From IMG/VR virus record IMGVR_UViG_2799112477_000001: a stretch of DNA of 64,000 nt. The stretch is one strand, 5' to 3'. The notes beneath the pieces were generated by a model, which saw only the letters and a list, made by a program, of their open reading frames with translations, made no database searches and was not told the origin of the DNA. This document shows, in pieces, positions 1-9,925 of this stretch (within the stretch, counting starts at the first letter, position 1; each line of letters opens with the position of its first letter). The position numbers and the translations under genes were made by a program. The DNA is from an uncultured virus (IMG/VR IMGVR_UViG_2799112477_000001). Its lineage: Duplodnaviria > Heunggongvirae > Uroviricota > Caudoviricetes.

Positions 1-793
1 TTAGACTGCAGTGTCTGCACTCCATTGACGGAGTTCTGCATCCTGCTCCCTGAATTCCCAGTCATCTTCTTTTTGCCACTTTTTCAATACGGCATAATCG
101 CTTGCGTATTTGTATCCGTATATCTTTTTCTGTTCTGACAGACGATTTATCTGTTCAAGATAGGTGAAAGGAAATTCGTTTTTTAATTCATCAAATTCAT
201 CGGGAGAGAGAGAAACATTTTTATAGGTTCCGATTTTAACCGGCCCTTTGGGTGAGTCCTTACTCTCTCTCCTCTTATCTCTATCTCTAGTATCTGAACT
301 CTTACCTCTACTCTCTTTACTCTGTGTCACATCCGGGTCACATTCTGTAACATTGTGGTCACATTGTGACCCTGACTCTGGAAGTGCTGGTTTTTCAGGG
401 TTTTCACTCATTTTTTTTAAGGGCTCTGCTTTTACGCATCTTCCTTGCGGACTCTGTTTCCTTGCCGACAAGCTCCTTGATCTGCGCCATATGGATCGCT
501 CCGCTGTCGAGAATCTCTATGAGTCCTATGGAGCTGAACAGATCGATCGCTGATCTGACTGTATCGATATCCGAGCCTGTCATTGAAGCGAGACTTTTCG
601 CGTCATAAGGCAGCAGAGTGTTGCCCACAATGCGGATAACTATTCCTTCAGTGCGAAGACTTTTCAGGCAAAGAATAAGATAAATAATCAGGTATTTGTC
701 TCCGTTTTGCTGCTCGCGGATATATTTGATCGTATCTTCTTCAAAGAAGTCTTCGTTCATCTTCAGCCAATAGTAAGTTTTGTTTCCACTCAT
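1..793 (-). pseudogene. Phage replisome-organiser-type replication initiator, split by a frameshift at an A8 tract (411-418)
   Basis: ORF 404-793 (MSGNKTYYWLKMNEDFF..KYLIIYLILCLKSL..ELVGKETESARKMRKSR, RBS GGAGG) has the Phage_rep_org_N pattern. The expected C-terminal part (..GTYKNVSLSPDEFDELKNEF..ASDYAVLKKW) is in ORF 1-471. Removing one A from the A8 run fuses them. Confidence 0.7.
326..370. repeat. Short 10-11-bp-period repeats GT(C/A)ACAT inside the initiator gene (phage-type internal origin candidate)
   Basis: GTCACAT at 326, 337 and 358, GTAACAT at 347, inverted TGTGAC at 365-370. Confidence 0.5.
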
Positions 794-819
794 TACGATT
801 CCTCCGTGTTGTTTCCGTG

Positions 820-3800
820 TCACTGCGGTTTCATTCCGGACATTCCTATGTACGGCTTCGGATCGACGGATTTCCCGTTTATGCGCACTTCGAAGTGAAG
901 GTGGTTTCCGAAGCTGTGGCCGGTGTTTCCGACTTCACCGATCTTCTGGCCTGCCTGTACGGTATCGCCCTTCTTAGCGATGAGCTTGGACTGGTGGCCG
1001 TATCTTGTGACCATCCCGCCTCCGTGGTCTATGTCTATACAGTTTCCGTAGCCGGAATAGTATTCCGATCTTACGACTGTTCCTGCTGCTGCCGCATAGA
1101 TTGGGGTGCCTTTGGCTGCACCGAGATCGACTCCTTCGTGGAGCCTGCCCCATCTCCAGCCCCTGTCTGATGTGAATGTCCATGTTCCCTTAGGAAGCGG
1201 GAAGGTAAGTTCGCCTCCGTTTGAATATCCGCCGAATACTACATCCTGCATCGAGCTGCTGCCCATATTTATTGTGCGGACCTCGGTCTTCCCGTTGAAG
1301 AGAAGCTGCGCAGTGTTCTCGGCAAGGGTGTATCCTGCTTCGCCGTTTGTCGCAGTGCCGCCCGTAAGACCGGTATATACTTCGCCGTCACCACCCTGGA
1401 TGGCTTCAACACCTTCCATGCCGTCCTTTGTCTGTACGACCATAGCAGTGTGATTGTTGCCGTTCACTCTCATTAGAATGTCGCCAGGTCTCAGCTTCGA
1501 GGTGGACTTTGTATAGTCTTCGCTCGAATAGACGGTGAACTCGCTCCTCTTTTTCAGCGTGTTGTATAAAGATTTCGAGTCGACATAGTCATTCATGTCC
1601 ACACCGAGGTAACGGAGTATAGCAGCTACCATCTGCGAGCATGCTGTGTCACAGTTTTCGGAGATGGCTGAAGCATCTCCTTTGTTTGCAACCAGCTGTT
1701 TGTAGAACGATGTAGACTTGGCTTTATTCTGGTTGTTGTAGCCTACGTGGTCATTCTTGCAGGCATCGTACATGATCTTCGACGCTGCAAGTGCCTTGCT
1801 TGCGTCGCTCCATCTGATGACGTAATCCCAGTTGGTGCCGCACTTGCTTACCAGGACTTCTTTTCCGTCCTGGTCGCCGGACTGTGACATGTTCTTCGTG
1901 CTTGCTGCGTTTCCGAGGTAGCACTCCCCGTTACCGGATTTTCCAGTCCAGCCGCCAATACTCTGAACGGTTGATCCGGAAGATGATGTGCCTGAGCCGC
2001 CGCCAGTGCCGATGTACCGCATCACGAAGTTCTTGCTTCCCTTCTGATAGCTTTGGAATCTTTTCTTTGCGCCTGATTTTCTGTCCGTTATTCCGGAGCC
2101 GCTTGTTGCTTCTATAAGCTCATCGCCGCCGCCATAGATGCAGGCGTGTCCGCCTACTCCCGAGGCGTACTGGATGAAGATGTCTCCCGGCTGGATGTCT
2201 GGCCAGCTGAGGTCCTTGCAGAGACCCACCTTTTTCCATATCTTCGAGCGGTTTCCCTCGAAGTTCCAGTCTGAGGTCCTCACCTTATGATTCCCGTGGT
2301 TCATCAGAAGTGGATCGCCTGTGCCGTGGGCAAACGCTGCCGCAACGAACGGGTTGCAGGTGTATTTCAGCTCGGACTTTTTAGTGCTGCCGTGACAAAC
2401 AGGACAGTCATAATAGTCCCCGTAGCCTTTTCCATATGTGAACCGGTCGTCCGCAGCGATATTCCTTGCCCATTCAATGGACTTTTGGATCCCGTCCTGG
2501 GTGCTGCTGGCACTGCCGGATCCGGAGATAGACCCTGTAGCCGAGTCTGAATCGGATCCCGTTATCTCCGTGGCTGTCATCTTAGTAGTCGCGTTGACAT
2601 ATGAAGCGTTCGGGTCGAGTCCGAAAGCGTCACGCATTATCTCGTGAGCTTTTCTCTGCTTGAGCGTGATCTTTATGGAGTCTCCGCTTTCGGATATCTC
2701 GTATTCGCGGTCGTAGAGGACTGCCCCTTTGAGTTTGCGTTTGAGGTCGCCCTCATAGTCGGCTTTGCCCCTGTCTTTCCCGAACCAGTAGAGCTTTACA
2801 GGCTTGCCTGCTTTTGATCCGAGCTTGCTTTCAAGCTTATTGAAGTAGCGGCCCGTGATCGCATCATCCGCGGTCGTCTGCTTCGCATCTTCCAGGAAAA
2901 CGAGTTCCGAATTGGCAAGGGATACTGAATATGCCGAGAGGATCTCAAGGTCGGATTTACTTATACCCGTCGTTCCGGCAAGGGCTCCGGAATCAAATCC
3001 GAAACCGCCTGCTCCTTCCCCGCCTAGTACATTTACGCCTGTCCATTGTATGAAGCACCGTCCTTCGCCCTTTACATGGATTAGGAGTACCAGTTCGCCT
3101 TTTTCGATAACACAGCTTTCAAGTTCTCCGTAGTTCAGAAAATAGCTTCCTAGATATGCTCCGTCTGATTCACGGAAAAGATCTACGTAGTTCTCTCCGG
3201 TTCCGTTTTTGAGGTTGCCCTTTTTTACGCTGTGGCAGGCATAGATTATGCCGCCTCCGGCACCTACATCCTGATAGGCGCTGCCGTGTTTTTTATATGT
3301 CTTTCTTTCGCAATTTTTTAGAGATGAATCGTATATTCTTATTGTGCCGCCTGCGGCAAGAATGTACTTTCCGGTCTGCCTGTCATAGGCAAGGCCGGAT
3401 GAATTTCTGGCGGGAAGAGCTTTTGTCCCGTTGCTTGAAAGAGATTTTCCTGTCGCTGTCAGAGATGCAACTTTATTGCTTGCACCTGTAAGCCAGCCGC
3501 CGATCCATATCTCACCGTCTTTTGAGACCGTGCTGGCGTTTGCGTGGTATCCGTTGACGTATTTATCATCAAGGTGTTTTCCGCTTGAGTCGTAAAGACT
3601 TGCGCATACTTTTGTTGTAGACGGCTGGGTCGCCCAGGCGACTACAAAATTACCATTATCTGTAAGTGCAAAGCTCTGTCCTATCTGGTATGAGCCTCTT
3701 CTTTTCAGGTGTTCAGTTTTCCCGTCGCTTTGCTTTATCTCGCCCAGAATGTGGACGCTTTTGTATGATGGAAGATCGTTTGCCGATCTGGTAGTTCCCG

Positions 3801-6087
3801 AGAGTCCCGCTGTTGCGAACGCTGTAGAACTTACATTTACAGGTGTGGATGAGCCGGCTCTGCTGATAAATGCCCATTTTTTACTGGATGCGCCGAGTTT
3901 TCCGCCTGAGCTGAGCTTGGCTTTGTGTCCGTAGTAGCCAGAGTGTCCCGCTTCGGCTACAATCCCACCGCCGAGGTATATAAATACATGGCCGCCTCCG
4001 CTTTTTCTGGCGTAGGAGATTATGTCTCCTCTCTGGAGGGAGGACTGCTTTCCGTCCCATTCGGTCACGGTGAAGCCGTACTTTGAAAGAGTATTTGTCA
4101 GAGACTTCTTTGCCTTGCTCTTGATGTCTTGATCCGGCAGAAGCGTATCTCCGACTTTTCTGCCTATTGCTTCCGTCAGACAAGTTCTGGCATAGTGGCA
4201 GCAGCAGGTTCCTACGGCGACTGATTTGTCCGATGATTTGGATGCGTTTGGATACCACTTCTTATATATCTCGGAAAACGGTCCGTATGCTTTTCCGCCG
4301 GACTGCCGTTTGTATTTGCTCGATGCTGTGCCGAGTTTCCATGATGTAGCATCTGCGCATCTTGCAATAGCTTCAGCTGCGTTCATCCCGCCGGATGTGG
4401 CAGAGGCTGAGCTCGTGCTAGAATCAGAGCCGCCCTGGCCAACATAGCGCATCACGTAGTTTTTACTTGTATTGCCGTCTTTTGTGCCGTATCTTTTAAG
4501 CCTTTGAGCTGCATCGCTTTTTACGCGGATCCCCGCGCCGCTGGTTGCCTCGATGACATCATTCCCGCCGCCGTACATCCATGCGTGGCCTGATTCGTTA
4601 TTGCTGGACCATTTGATGACGACGTCGCCCGGACGAAGGTCGCTTATAGTGAGATTCTTGCAAAGCCCTACCTTTTTCCAGATTTTGCCGAGATTTCCCT
4701 GGAAGTTTCCGTCGTGAAGGTTTATGACGTGCTTCCCGTTGCCCATCATGATAGGGTCGCCGCCGCCGTGTGCGTATGCCGCAGCAACGAAAGGCATGCA
4801 GGTGAACTTCTTTATTTTCATATTGTTGCAGATGCAGCATTTGAAGGATCCGTGCCCGTATGTCCACGAGTCATCCGCGGCTATTTTTCTTGCCCAGGCA
4901 AGAGCTCCGTTTATCACCTGCTGATTCGCAGCCGATCCTGACGTGGAAACTGTTTCGGATCCACCGCCCGTATATCTCATGGCAATGCGCGTTCTTTTTC
5001 TGGTCCAGGTGCCTTTGTGGTAATAGATGCCGCCTTTGCCGCCATTCATCGATCCGCCGGAGCTTTCAACTACTTTCCCGTCCCCGGCGTACAGCGCCAT
5101 ATGACGACTTTTTCCGTTTTCATAGCAGAGAAGAATGTCCCCAGCCTGCAGCTCGGAGTCTTTTAAATACCCGCTTGTCAGGCTTCCGGTGGTTATCATC
5201 TCCCAGTTTTCGCCGTTCCTTTTTTTCCATTTGCGGAGTACGTCATCAGGATTTTTTCCATCCAGAGTGCCTCCGCCGCCTCCGCCGCCTCCCGTGCCGA
5301 AGCCGCCGAGATGGCAGTAGGTGGTGCTTCTGTGTATGTCTGACGGAACGCCTGCCCCGTGGAAGTATGCGGCAGACACAAAACCGATGCACTGCCACCC
5401 CTGTGATGCGGAGTTCGGACTGCAGATAGGACAGTTTGTCGATTTCTTTACTCCGTTTTTGCCTGTTCCGGAGGTGCCGTAATATACGTAGTACCATTTG
5501 CCCTGCTCGGATTCTTTTGCTTTTTCTATTGCCCAGTCTACTGCGGCCTGAGCCGCTGAAGCTGACGAACCGGAGCCGGATCCGCTTAAAGCGAATACGT
5601 CCGAAATATAGTATTCCTCGGTGTCAGTATCGCATTCTATCGTCAGCGCTTTATCCGGGTAGGTCTTCTGGAGCTGTGCTTCCAGTGCTCTTCTGTCCTC
5701 TTCCTTTACCTCGTGAATTATTGATGCAAGGTTCGATGTCTTCTCGACCGAGTTGTATTCGGACTCAACGGACGTAAGCTCATCTTCAGTCTTCGGGCTG
5801 TTTGCTTCGTTATCTTTGTCTATCGCATTTTCTGCTGTCAGATACCACGTCTCATCCATTGAGGTCGAGCTGGTACCGCCGACTATGACTGCTGCGAACA
5901 TGACTATGACCAGAGCAACGGCAATGCCGATCTGTACCGGCGCAGGAAGACGCATAAAGGTCTTTCCTGCCTTTACCGCGGTCTTTCCTGCACGGTATGC
6001 CGCTTTACCCCCACGCACGGATCCCCGGCCTGCGTTTATGGCTGTATTCGCGCCCTGCTGCATTGATCTGTTACTCTGGTCTGACAT
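820..6087 (-). CDS. Giant conjugation-associated peptidoglycan hydrolase: N-terminal TM, several NlpC/P60-like domains, C-terminal M23 peptidase
   Basis: Repeated C..FV.AA..HG / L.PGD / GH motifs; C-terminal HEGVDLGA..YGHQS..GNTGHSFGNHLHFEV is an M23 signature; located in the T4SS operon. Confidence 0.85.
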   Translation of the reverse strand: MSDQSNRSMQQGANTAINAGRGSVRGGKAAYRAGKTAVKAGKTFMRLPAPVQIGIAVALVIVMFAAVIVGGTSSTSMDETWYLTAENAIDKDNEANSPKTEDELTSVESEYNSVEKTSNLASIIHEVKEEDRRALEAQLQKTYPDKALTIECDTDTEEYYISDVFALSGSGSGSSASAAQAAVDWAIEKAKESEQGKWYYVYYGTSGTGKNGVKKSTNCPICSPNSASQGWQCIGFVSAAYFHGAGVPSDIHRSTTYCHLGGFGTGGGGGGGGTLDGKNPDDVLRKWKKRNGENWEMITTGSLTSGYLKDSELQAGDILLCYENGKSRHMALYAGDGKVVESSGGSMNGGKGGIYYHKGTWTRKRTRIAMRYTGGGSETVSTSGSAANQQVINGALAWARKIAADDSWTYGHGSFKCCICNNMKIKKFTCMPFVAAAYAHGGGDPIMMGNGKHVINLHDGNFQGNLGKIWKKVGLCKNLTISDLRPGDVVIKWSSNNESGHAWMYGGGNDVIEATSGAGIRVKSDAAQRLKRYGTKDGNTSKNYVMRYVGQGGSDSSTSSASATSGGMNAAEAIARCADATSWKLGTASSKYKRQSGGKAYGPFSEIYKKWYPNASKSSDKSVAVGTCCCHYARTCLTEAIGRKVGDTLLPDQDIKSKAKKSLTNTLSKYGFTVTEWDGKQSSLQRGDIISYARKSGGGHVFIYLGGGIVAEAGHSGYYGHKAKLSSGGKLGASSKKWAFISRAGSSTPVNVSSTAFATAGLSGTTRSANDLPSYKSVHILGEIKQSDGKTEHLKRRGSYQIGQSFALTDNGNFVVAWATQPSTTKVCASLYDSSGKHLDDKYVNGYHANASTVSKDGEIWIGGWLTGASNKVASLTATGKSLSSNGTKALPARNSSGLAYDRQTGKYILAAGGTIRIYDSSLKNCERKTYKKHGSAYQDVGAGGGIIYACHSVKKGNLKNGTGENYVDLFRESDGAYLGSYFLNYGELESCVIEKGELVLLIHVKGEGRCFIQWTGVNVLGGEGAGGFGFDSGALAGTTGISKSDLEILSAYSVSLANSELVFLEDAKQTTADDAITGRYFNKLESKLGSKAGKPVKLYWFGKDRGKADYEGDLKRKLKGAVLYDREYEISESGDSIKITLKQRKAHEIMRDAFGLDPNASYVNATTKMTATEITGSDSDSATGSISGSGSASSTQDGIQKSIEWARNIAADDRFTYGKGYGDYYDCPVCHGSTKKSELKYTCNPFVAAAFAHGTGDPLLMNHGNHKVRTSDWNFEGNRSKIWKKVGLCKDLSWPDIQPGDIFIQYASGVGGHACIYGGGDELIEATSGSGITDRKSGAKKRFQSYQKGSKNFVMRYIGTGGGSGTSSSGSTVQSIGGWTGKSGNGECYLGNAASTKNMSQSGDQDGKEVLVSKCGTNWDYVIRWSDASKALAASKIMYDACKNDHVGYNNQNKAKSTSFYKQLVANKGDASAISENCDTACSQMVAAILRYLGVDMNDYVDSKSLYNTLKKRSEFTVYSSEDYTKSTSKLRPGDILMRVNGNNHTAMVVQTKDGMEGVEAIQGGDGEVYTGLTGGTATNGEAGYTLAENTAQLLFNGKTEVRTINMGSSSMQDVVFGGYSNGGELTFPLPKGTWTFTSDRGWRWGRLHEGVDLGAAKGTPIYAAAAGTVVRSEYYSGYGNCIDIDHGGGMVTRYGHQSKLIAKKGDTVQAGQKIGEVGNTGHSFGNHLHFEVRINGKSVDPKPYIGMSGMKPQ

Positions 6088-6095
6088 TTTTCCCT

Positions 6096-7856
6096 TTACC
6101 TCTTCTTCTTAGTGTTTGTTCCGCCTCTTCCGCCGCCGGCGATCCCGCCCGGCTTTTCCGGCTTCGCTGCAGGAGCTTTTTTAGGTGATACAACGAAGTG
6201 TGCACCATCCTGTCCTGCTATCTTTGCTTCTGCGAAGGCTGATACCGACACGTTCGGGTTGGTATTCAGTATGTTGTTATATGCTGCCTTTGCGTCGTTT
6301 ACGTTGGTGTAGATATGCGCCTGTGCTCCGGTGTCGGTAGTTGCTATCGATCTTTCTCCGCTGCCGCCCCGAACAGGTCCGCTTTCTATGTTGCTGACCC
6401 GGCTGGAATCGAAGATAGGTCTTCCAGCTGCGTCAGTGCCTGCAGCGCTGGAAACCTGATCGAAAGCCGCCTTGTTGGCCTGTGCTACTTCTGCAGCTGA
6501 GAGGGTTTCGCCATTTTTCTCTGACGGTGCCGCCGGAAGCTGGCTTATTGAGCCTCCGCTTACCGGATTGTCAGGACTGCCGATATTGGAAGCTGATGCA
6601 TCTCCGCCAGGTTTCGGACTGACGGGTTTAGCGTCATTCTCTGCCAGCTTCTTTTCCGGTCCGCCGCCAAAGATCCCGTCAGAGACCTTTGATACCCCTT
6701 TTGTTGCGGACTGCACGCCTTTGGCTGCCACTCTTCCTGCGCTGTTCGCTGTTCTGAACGCTGTCATCGCTACTCCGGCTCCGCCTGCGAGTGCTCCGTA
6801 TATGCCGGAGCCTGTCTGTGCAGCGGAGAGGCCGAGGCTTCTTAGGTATTCGTCCATCTTCTGGCCTGCCAGAAGCCAGCCGATCATTATGAACATGGTA
6901 GTGAGATATTGCTGGGAGCTTTCAAACACATATCCCGTTGATTGCAGGTTCTTGTATATGTTGAACCAGGCACCCATGAACCCTCCTATGAACAAAAGGT
7001 TTGTGCACATGAGTATGAACTGGCATACGAGCATGATGCACCAGTTTCTGAATACCTGTGACTGCTTGCTCACCATCGTTGAGAATGCGAGCGGCGCAGT
7101 TATGTACATAACGCCAATCACAACGTATCTTTCGTAGCATTCAAGTACCAGTCTGAAGAGACATATCATCAGGGTGCATCCTATGATGACCTGAATGATC
7201 ACAAGACCCAGAGTTATATTGCCTGCGTTGTCAGGGTTGATCAGGCTGTCTCCTCCGAATAGGTTGAATACGTCTTCGCTTTGCCCTGTTGCGGTTTTTG
7301 CCGCCTGAAGTGCCTGATCGCCGGATACGGGGTTGTTTCTTCCCTGAAGGCTCTGGGGAAGGCTGTTAAGAGCCTGTTGTGCCTGCTCACGTTCTTCCGC
7401 AGAAGGAAGCCAGCTGCCTGAGTTGAACTCTTGTGAGAGGCCTGTGTATACCCCGACAAAATTCTGGTACAGCTTGTTGAAGCCCTTCTCTACCAGAACG
7501 AAGATCTGGTACGAGAGGATCACGCCGACTCCCGCGAAGATCGTTCTTATCGCGATGACTCCCGGTTCCTCAGACTGCGTAAAGGGCCCTCCCATCGACT
7601 GATAGAGTTTCAGGACGGCTGTCATTATCACGATGAACATCGCGAGCACAAGAAACGGCTTCTGGAAATCGGACACGGTGAATGTCGATTCAAAAAGTGA
7701 GCCCTGCTGGGGGCCTGCCGCGTTTGCTGCTGTCTTGGCAGCCTCGCCGGTCCCTATATTAAGCTGGAACCCCGTCATCAGCTGGGTCGTCCACAGAAGC
7801 ATATCGTTCAGCGCTTCCAGAACGACGTTCGCCAACGCATTCATGATCCATTCCAT
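6096..7856 (-). CDS. VirB6/TrbL-like polytopic T4SS membrane protein
   Basis: Multiple TM segments, YERYVVIGVMYITAPLAFS..FRNWC motif, Gly/Ala-rich tail; T4SS context. Confidence 0.75.
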   Translation of the reverse strand: MEWIMNALANVVLEALNDMLLWTTQLMTGFQLNIGTGEAAKTAANAAGPQQGSLFESTFTVSDFQKPFLVLAMFIVIMTAVLKLYQSMGGPFTQSEEPGVIAIRTIFAGVGVILSYQIFVLVEKGFNKLYQNFVGVYTGLSQEFNSGSWLPSAEEREQAQQALNSLPQSLQGRNNPVSGDQALQAAKTATGQSEDVFNLFGGDSLINPDNAGNITLGLVIIQVIIGCTLMICLFRLVLECYERYVVIGVMYITAPLAFSTMVSKQSQVFRNWCIMLVCQFILMCTNLLFIGGFMGAWFNIYKNLQSTGYVFESSQQYLTTMFIMIGWLLAGQKMDEYLRSLGLSAAQTGSGIYGALAGGAGVAMTAFRTANSAGRVAAKGVQSATKGVSKVSDGIFGGGPEKKLAENDAKPVSPKPGGDASASNIGSPDNPVSGGSISQLPAAPSEKNGETLSAAEVAQANKAAFDQVSSAAGTDAAGRPIFDSSRVSNIESGPVRGGSGERSIATTDTGAQAHIYTNVNDAKAAYNNILNTNPNVSVSAFAEAKIAGQDGAHFVVSPKKAPAAKPEKPGGIAGGGRGGTNTKKKR

Positions 7857-7952
7857 ATACGGTTCTCCTTTTTAGAAAAATTGCGCAGAGATCTCCAGAC
7901 CGTGTGCCTGAAGAATCCTGCGCCAGAGTTATATCGGTTTTGGTGGTTCCCG

Positions 7953-8381
7953 TCACGGAAGTGTCGACTGACCTGCTGTAAGGTTCTGGATCAGTCTGAA
8001 GATTCCGCCGAGGAGCATGATGCATGCGTATGCGACCAGTACTCTTTTCAGCCATTCAAGCGGTGTTCTTGCTCCGTTCGCTGTCGGCGAGATAGCGATC
8101 CAGATGAGGCAGATGATAGCAGCGAGGCCAGCTACGAATGTTACGATGCCGAATATCTTGCCGTAGTATTCTTTCGCCGTGTCTCCTGCCTGGCTGATGA
8201 TGTCGCCCTCGGCAAAGCAAGTGCTGAACGCCAGAAGAAGCATGAAGCATGTCATCACTGCGATAAGGAAGATCCTGTCTCCCTTAGTCAGGCATGCTGC
8301 GTCGCCTGTTGACAGTCTCATACCGAAGGCTGTCAGCTCCTTTCTTACCATTCCGGCTCTTTCCCTGATTCTCTTTACCAT
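7953..8381 (-). CDS. VirB2/pilin-like small membrane protein
   Basis: Signal-like segment ending CFA followed by two hydrophobic helices; directly upstream of the VirB6-like gene. Confidence 0.6.
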   Translation of the reverse strand: MVKRIRERAGMVRKELTAFGMRLSTGDAACLTKGDRIFLIAVMTCFMLLLAFSTCFAEGDIISQAGDTAKEYYGKIFGIVTFVAGLAAIICLIWIAISPTANGARTPLEWLKRVLVAYACIMLLGGIFRLIQNLTAGQSTLP

Positions 8382-8432
8382 TTTGATTCCTCCTGTTTTT
8401 GTGTGTATGTCATGTATTTGTGCTTGGCTTGA

Positions 8433-9773
8433 TCAGTCGCTGTAGTCCACTACCGTGAATATCACCTGATCTGCGTCAGGCTCTTTCACGTTGACGATGT
8501 GCGAGTAGAACGAGTGCTTGTCCCTGTTCTTGTCGACGATCCTGATCTTCACATCGCTTCCGACTTCAGGGATGACTCCCCTTCCTGCGCCCGGCCCGAG
8601 GTCTGCCATCGATACGATCTGGTCGTTCACGTTGCAGATGTAGAGCACCTTGCCTGTCTCTTCGTTTTCGACGATCCTGCTGATGGTCGCCGGAAGAAGA
8701 TCTCCTTCGTCGTATTTATCAAAGTTGACGATCTGCGGGTCTGCTGTCGCTGCTCTTATGGAAGCGTCGAACTTGACCGGATAATCGAATCTTGCAAGGG
8801 CGCGTCTGTCCTGAGGTACAGGATCGCGTCTTATGTTGGATACGCGTACAAGTACTTCCTTTCCGGCCTTGTACTTTTTCGTGTTTACTTTTTCTTCGTA
8901 GAAGTGAGATATCTGTTTTATCGGGATCGCTGCTTCAGCTCCGAAGACCTCGACTATGATGTCGTATGGCCTTACTCTCATGATCCTTGCGTTCTGCAGG
9001 CTGTTTTCACCGATGCACCACTCGCCGTCCGATGTCTTCGCGTACCAGTTCTCGCATCTGTCGATCTTGGTAGCATAAAGCCTCGTGCCGTAGATATCGG
9101 TCGTGACGCCCTGCTCTTTTCTGAACATGTTGAACTCTATCTCGAGCCCTTCCATAGCAGCTCCCTGCTCGTAGAGCCTCTTTTCCGGGTGCTCATCCTG
9201 GTCGTACCAGTTGTACCAGAACTTGAAGGACGGGATCAGGATGATGTACGGTCCGTACGAGACCATGTAGTTCACAAACGGGATCCTCTTCCCGTCTATG
9301 ATGCGTTCTTCCGTGCTCTTGGAGCCGAGCATCCTGCCCTTGAGGGTGTGACGCGGGTCGACTCTTGATGCCGCGAGCTCTCTGTCTATGCGGTCTATGG
9401 CTGAGGTGTCAGGCTTGCCTTCTATAGCCTTTTTTCTGACTGTCGGCACAAGGTCGTCCATCGGGATGTCTGAGTACTCATCGAGAAGTGCTCCGGACTG
9501 CTCCTTCCTGGCTTCCTTTTTCTCCTGCTTTTCTCTCGCTTCCTCCGCTGTCTGTCTGCGGCGTCTGCCTGCACCGGCTCTTGGGGCTGCGGGTCTCCTG
9601 TTTCTTTTAGGAGCTGTATCTGCGTCTGCTTCTTTCGGTGCAGATTCCTTGTTGTTGAGCTTGTCTATAAGGATCTGCCTCGTGTCCTTCGTGTGGACCT
9701 CGATCCCGAAGAGCGTGCACATCTGGATGAGCTCCGCTTTCTTCATTTCTTCGTATTTCTTAAAACCTGCCAT
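8433..9773 (-). CDS. S1 (OB-fold) RNA-binding-domain protein with small N-terminal helical (Rho-N/SAP-like) domain
   Basis: ARIMRVRPYDIIVEVFGAEAAIPIKQISH..YKAGKEVLVRV is S1-like and a second S1-like segment lies at the C-terminus. N-terminal MKKAELIQMC..GIEV..TRQILIDKL. ATG 9773 has an AGGAG RBS. Confidence 0.6.
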   Translation of the reverse strand: MAGFKKYEEMKKAELIQMCTLFGIEVHTKDTRQILIDKLNNKESAPKEADADTAPKRNRRPAAPRAGAGRRRRQTAEEAREKQEKKEARKEQSGALLDEYSDIPMDDLVPTVRKKAIEGKPDTSAIDRIDRELAASRVDPRHTLKGRMLGSKSTEERIIDGKRIPFVNYMVSYGPYIILIPSFKFWYNWYDQDEHPEKRLYEQGAAMEGLEIEFNMFRKEQGVTTDIYGTRLYATKIDRCENWYAKTSDGEWCIGENSLQNARIMRVRPYDIIVEVFGAEAAIPIKQISHFYEEKVNTKKYKAGKEVLVRVSNIRRDPVPQDRRALARFDYPVKFDASIRAATADPQIVNFDKYDEGDLLPATISRIVENEETGKVLYICNVNDQIVSMADLGPGAGRGVIPEVGSDVKIRIVDKNRDKHSFYSHIVNVKEPDADQVIFTVVDYSD

Positions 9774-9925
9774 GTTTCTTCTCCTGTCTGCTGGAAATAA
9801 AGCAGCGGGCTTCAGGCTTTCCGCCCTGCCCGCTTTAAAGTTACAACTGCTTTTTCTGTTTGTCTGTATCACCTACTGCATCGTTTGATGCATTTTGGGC
9901 GCTTTTTGTTGATGGTTATTGGTTT

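Noticed and set aside
5265..5308. GGC/GGA microsatellite-like run
   Set aside because: Encodes an in-frame poly-Gly linker with mixed codons; no sign of phase variation.
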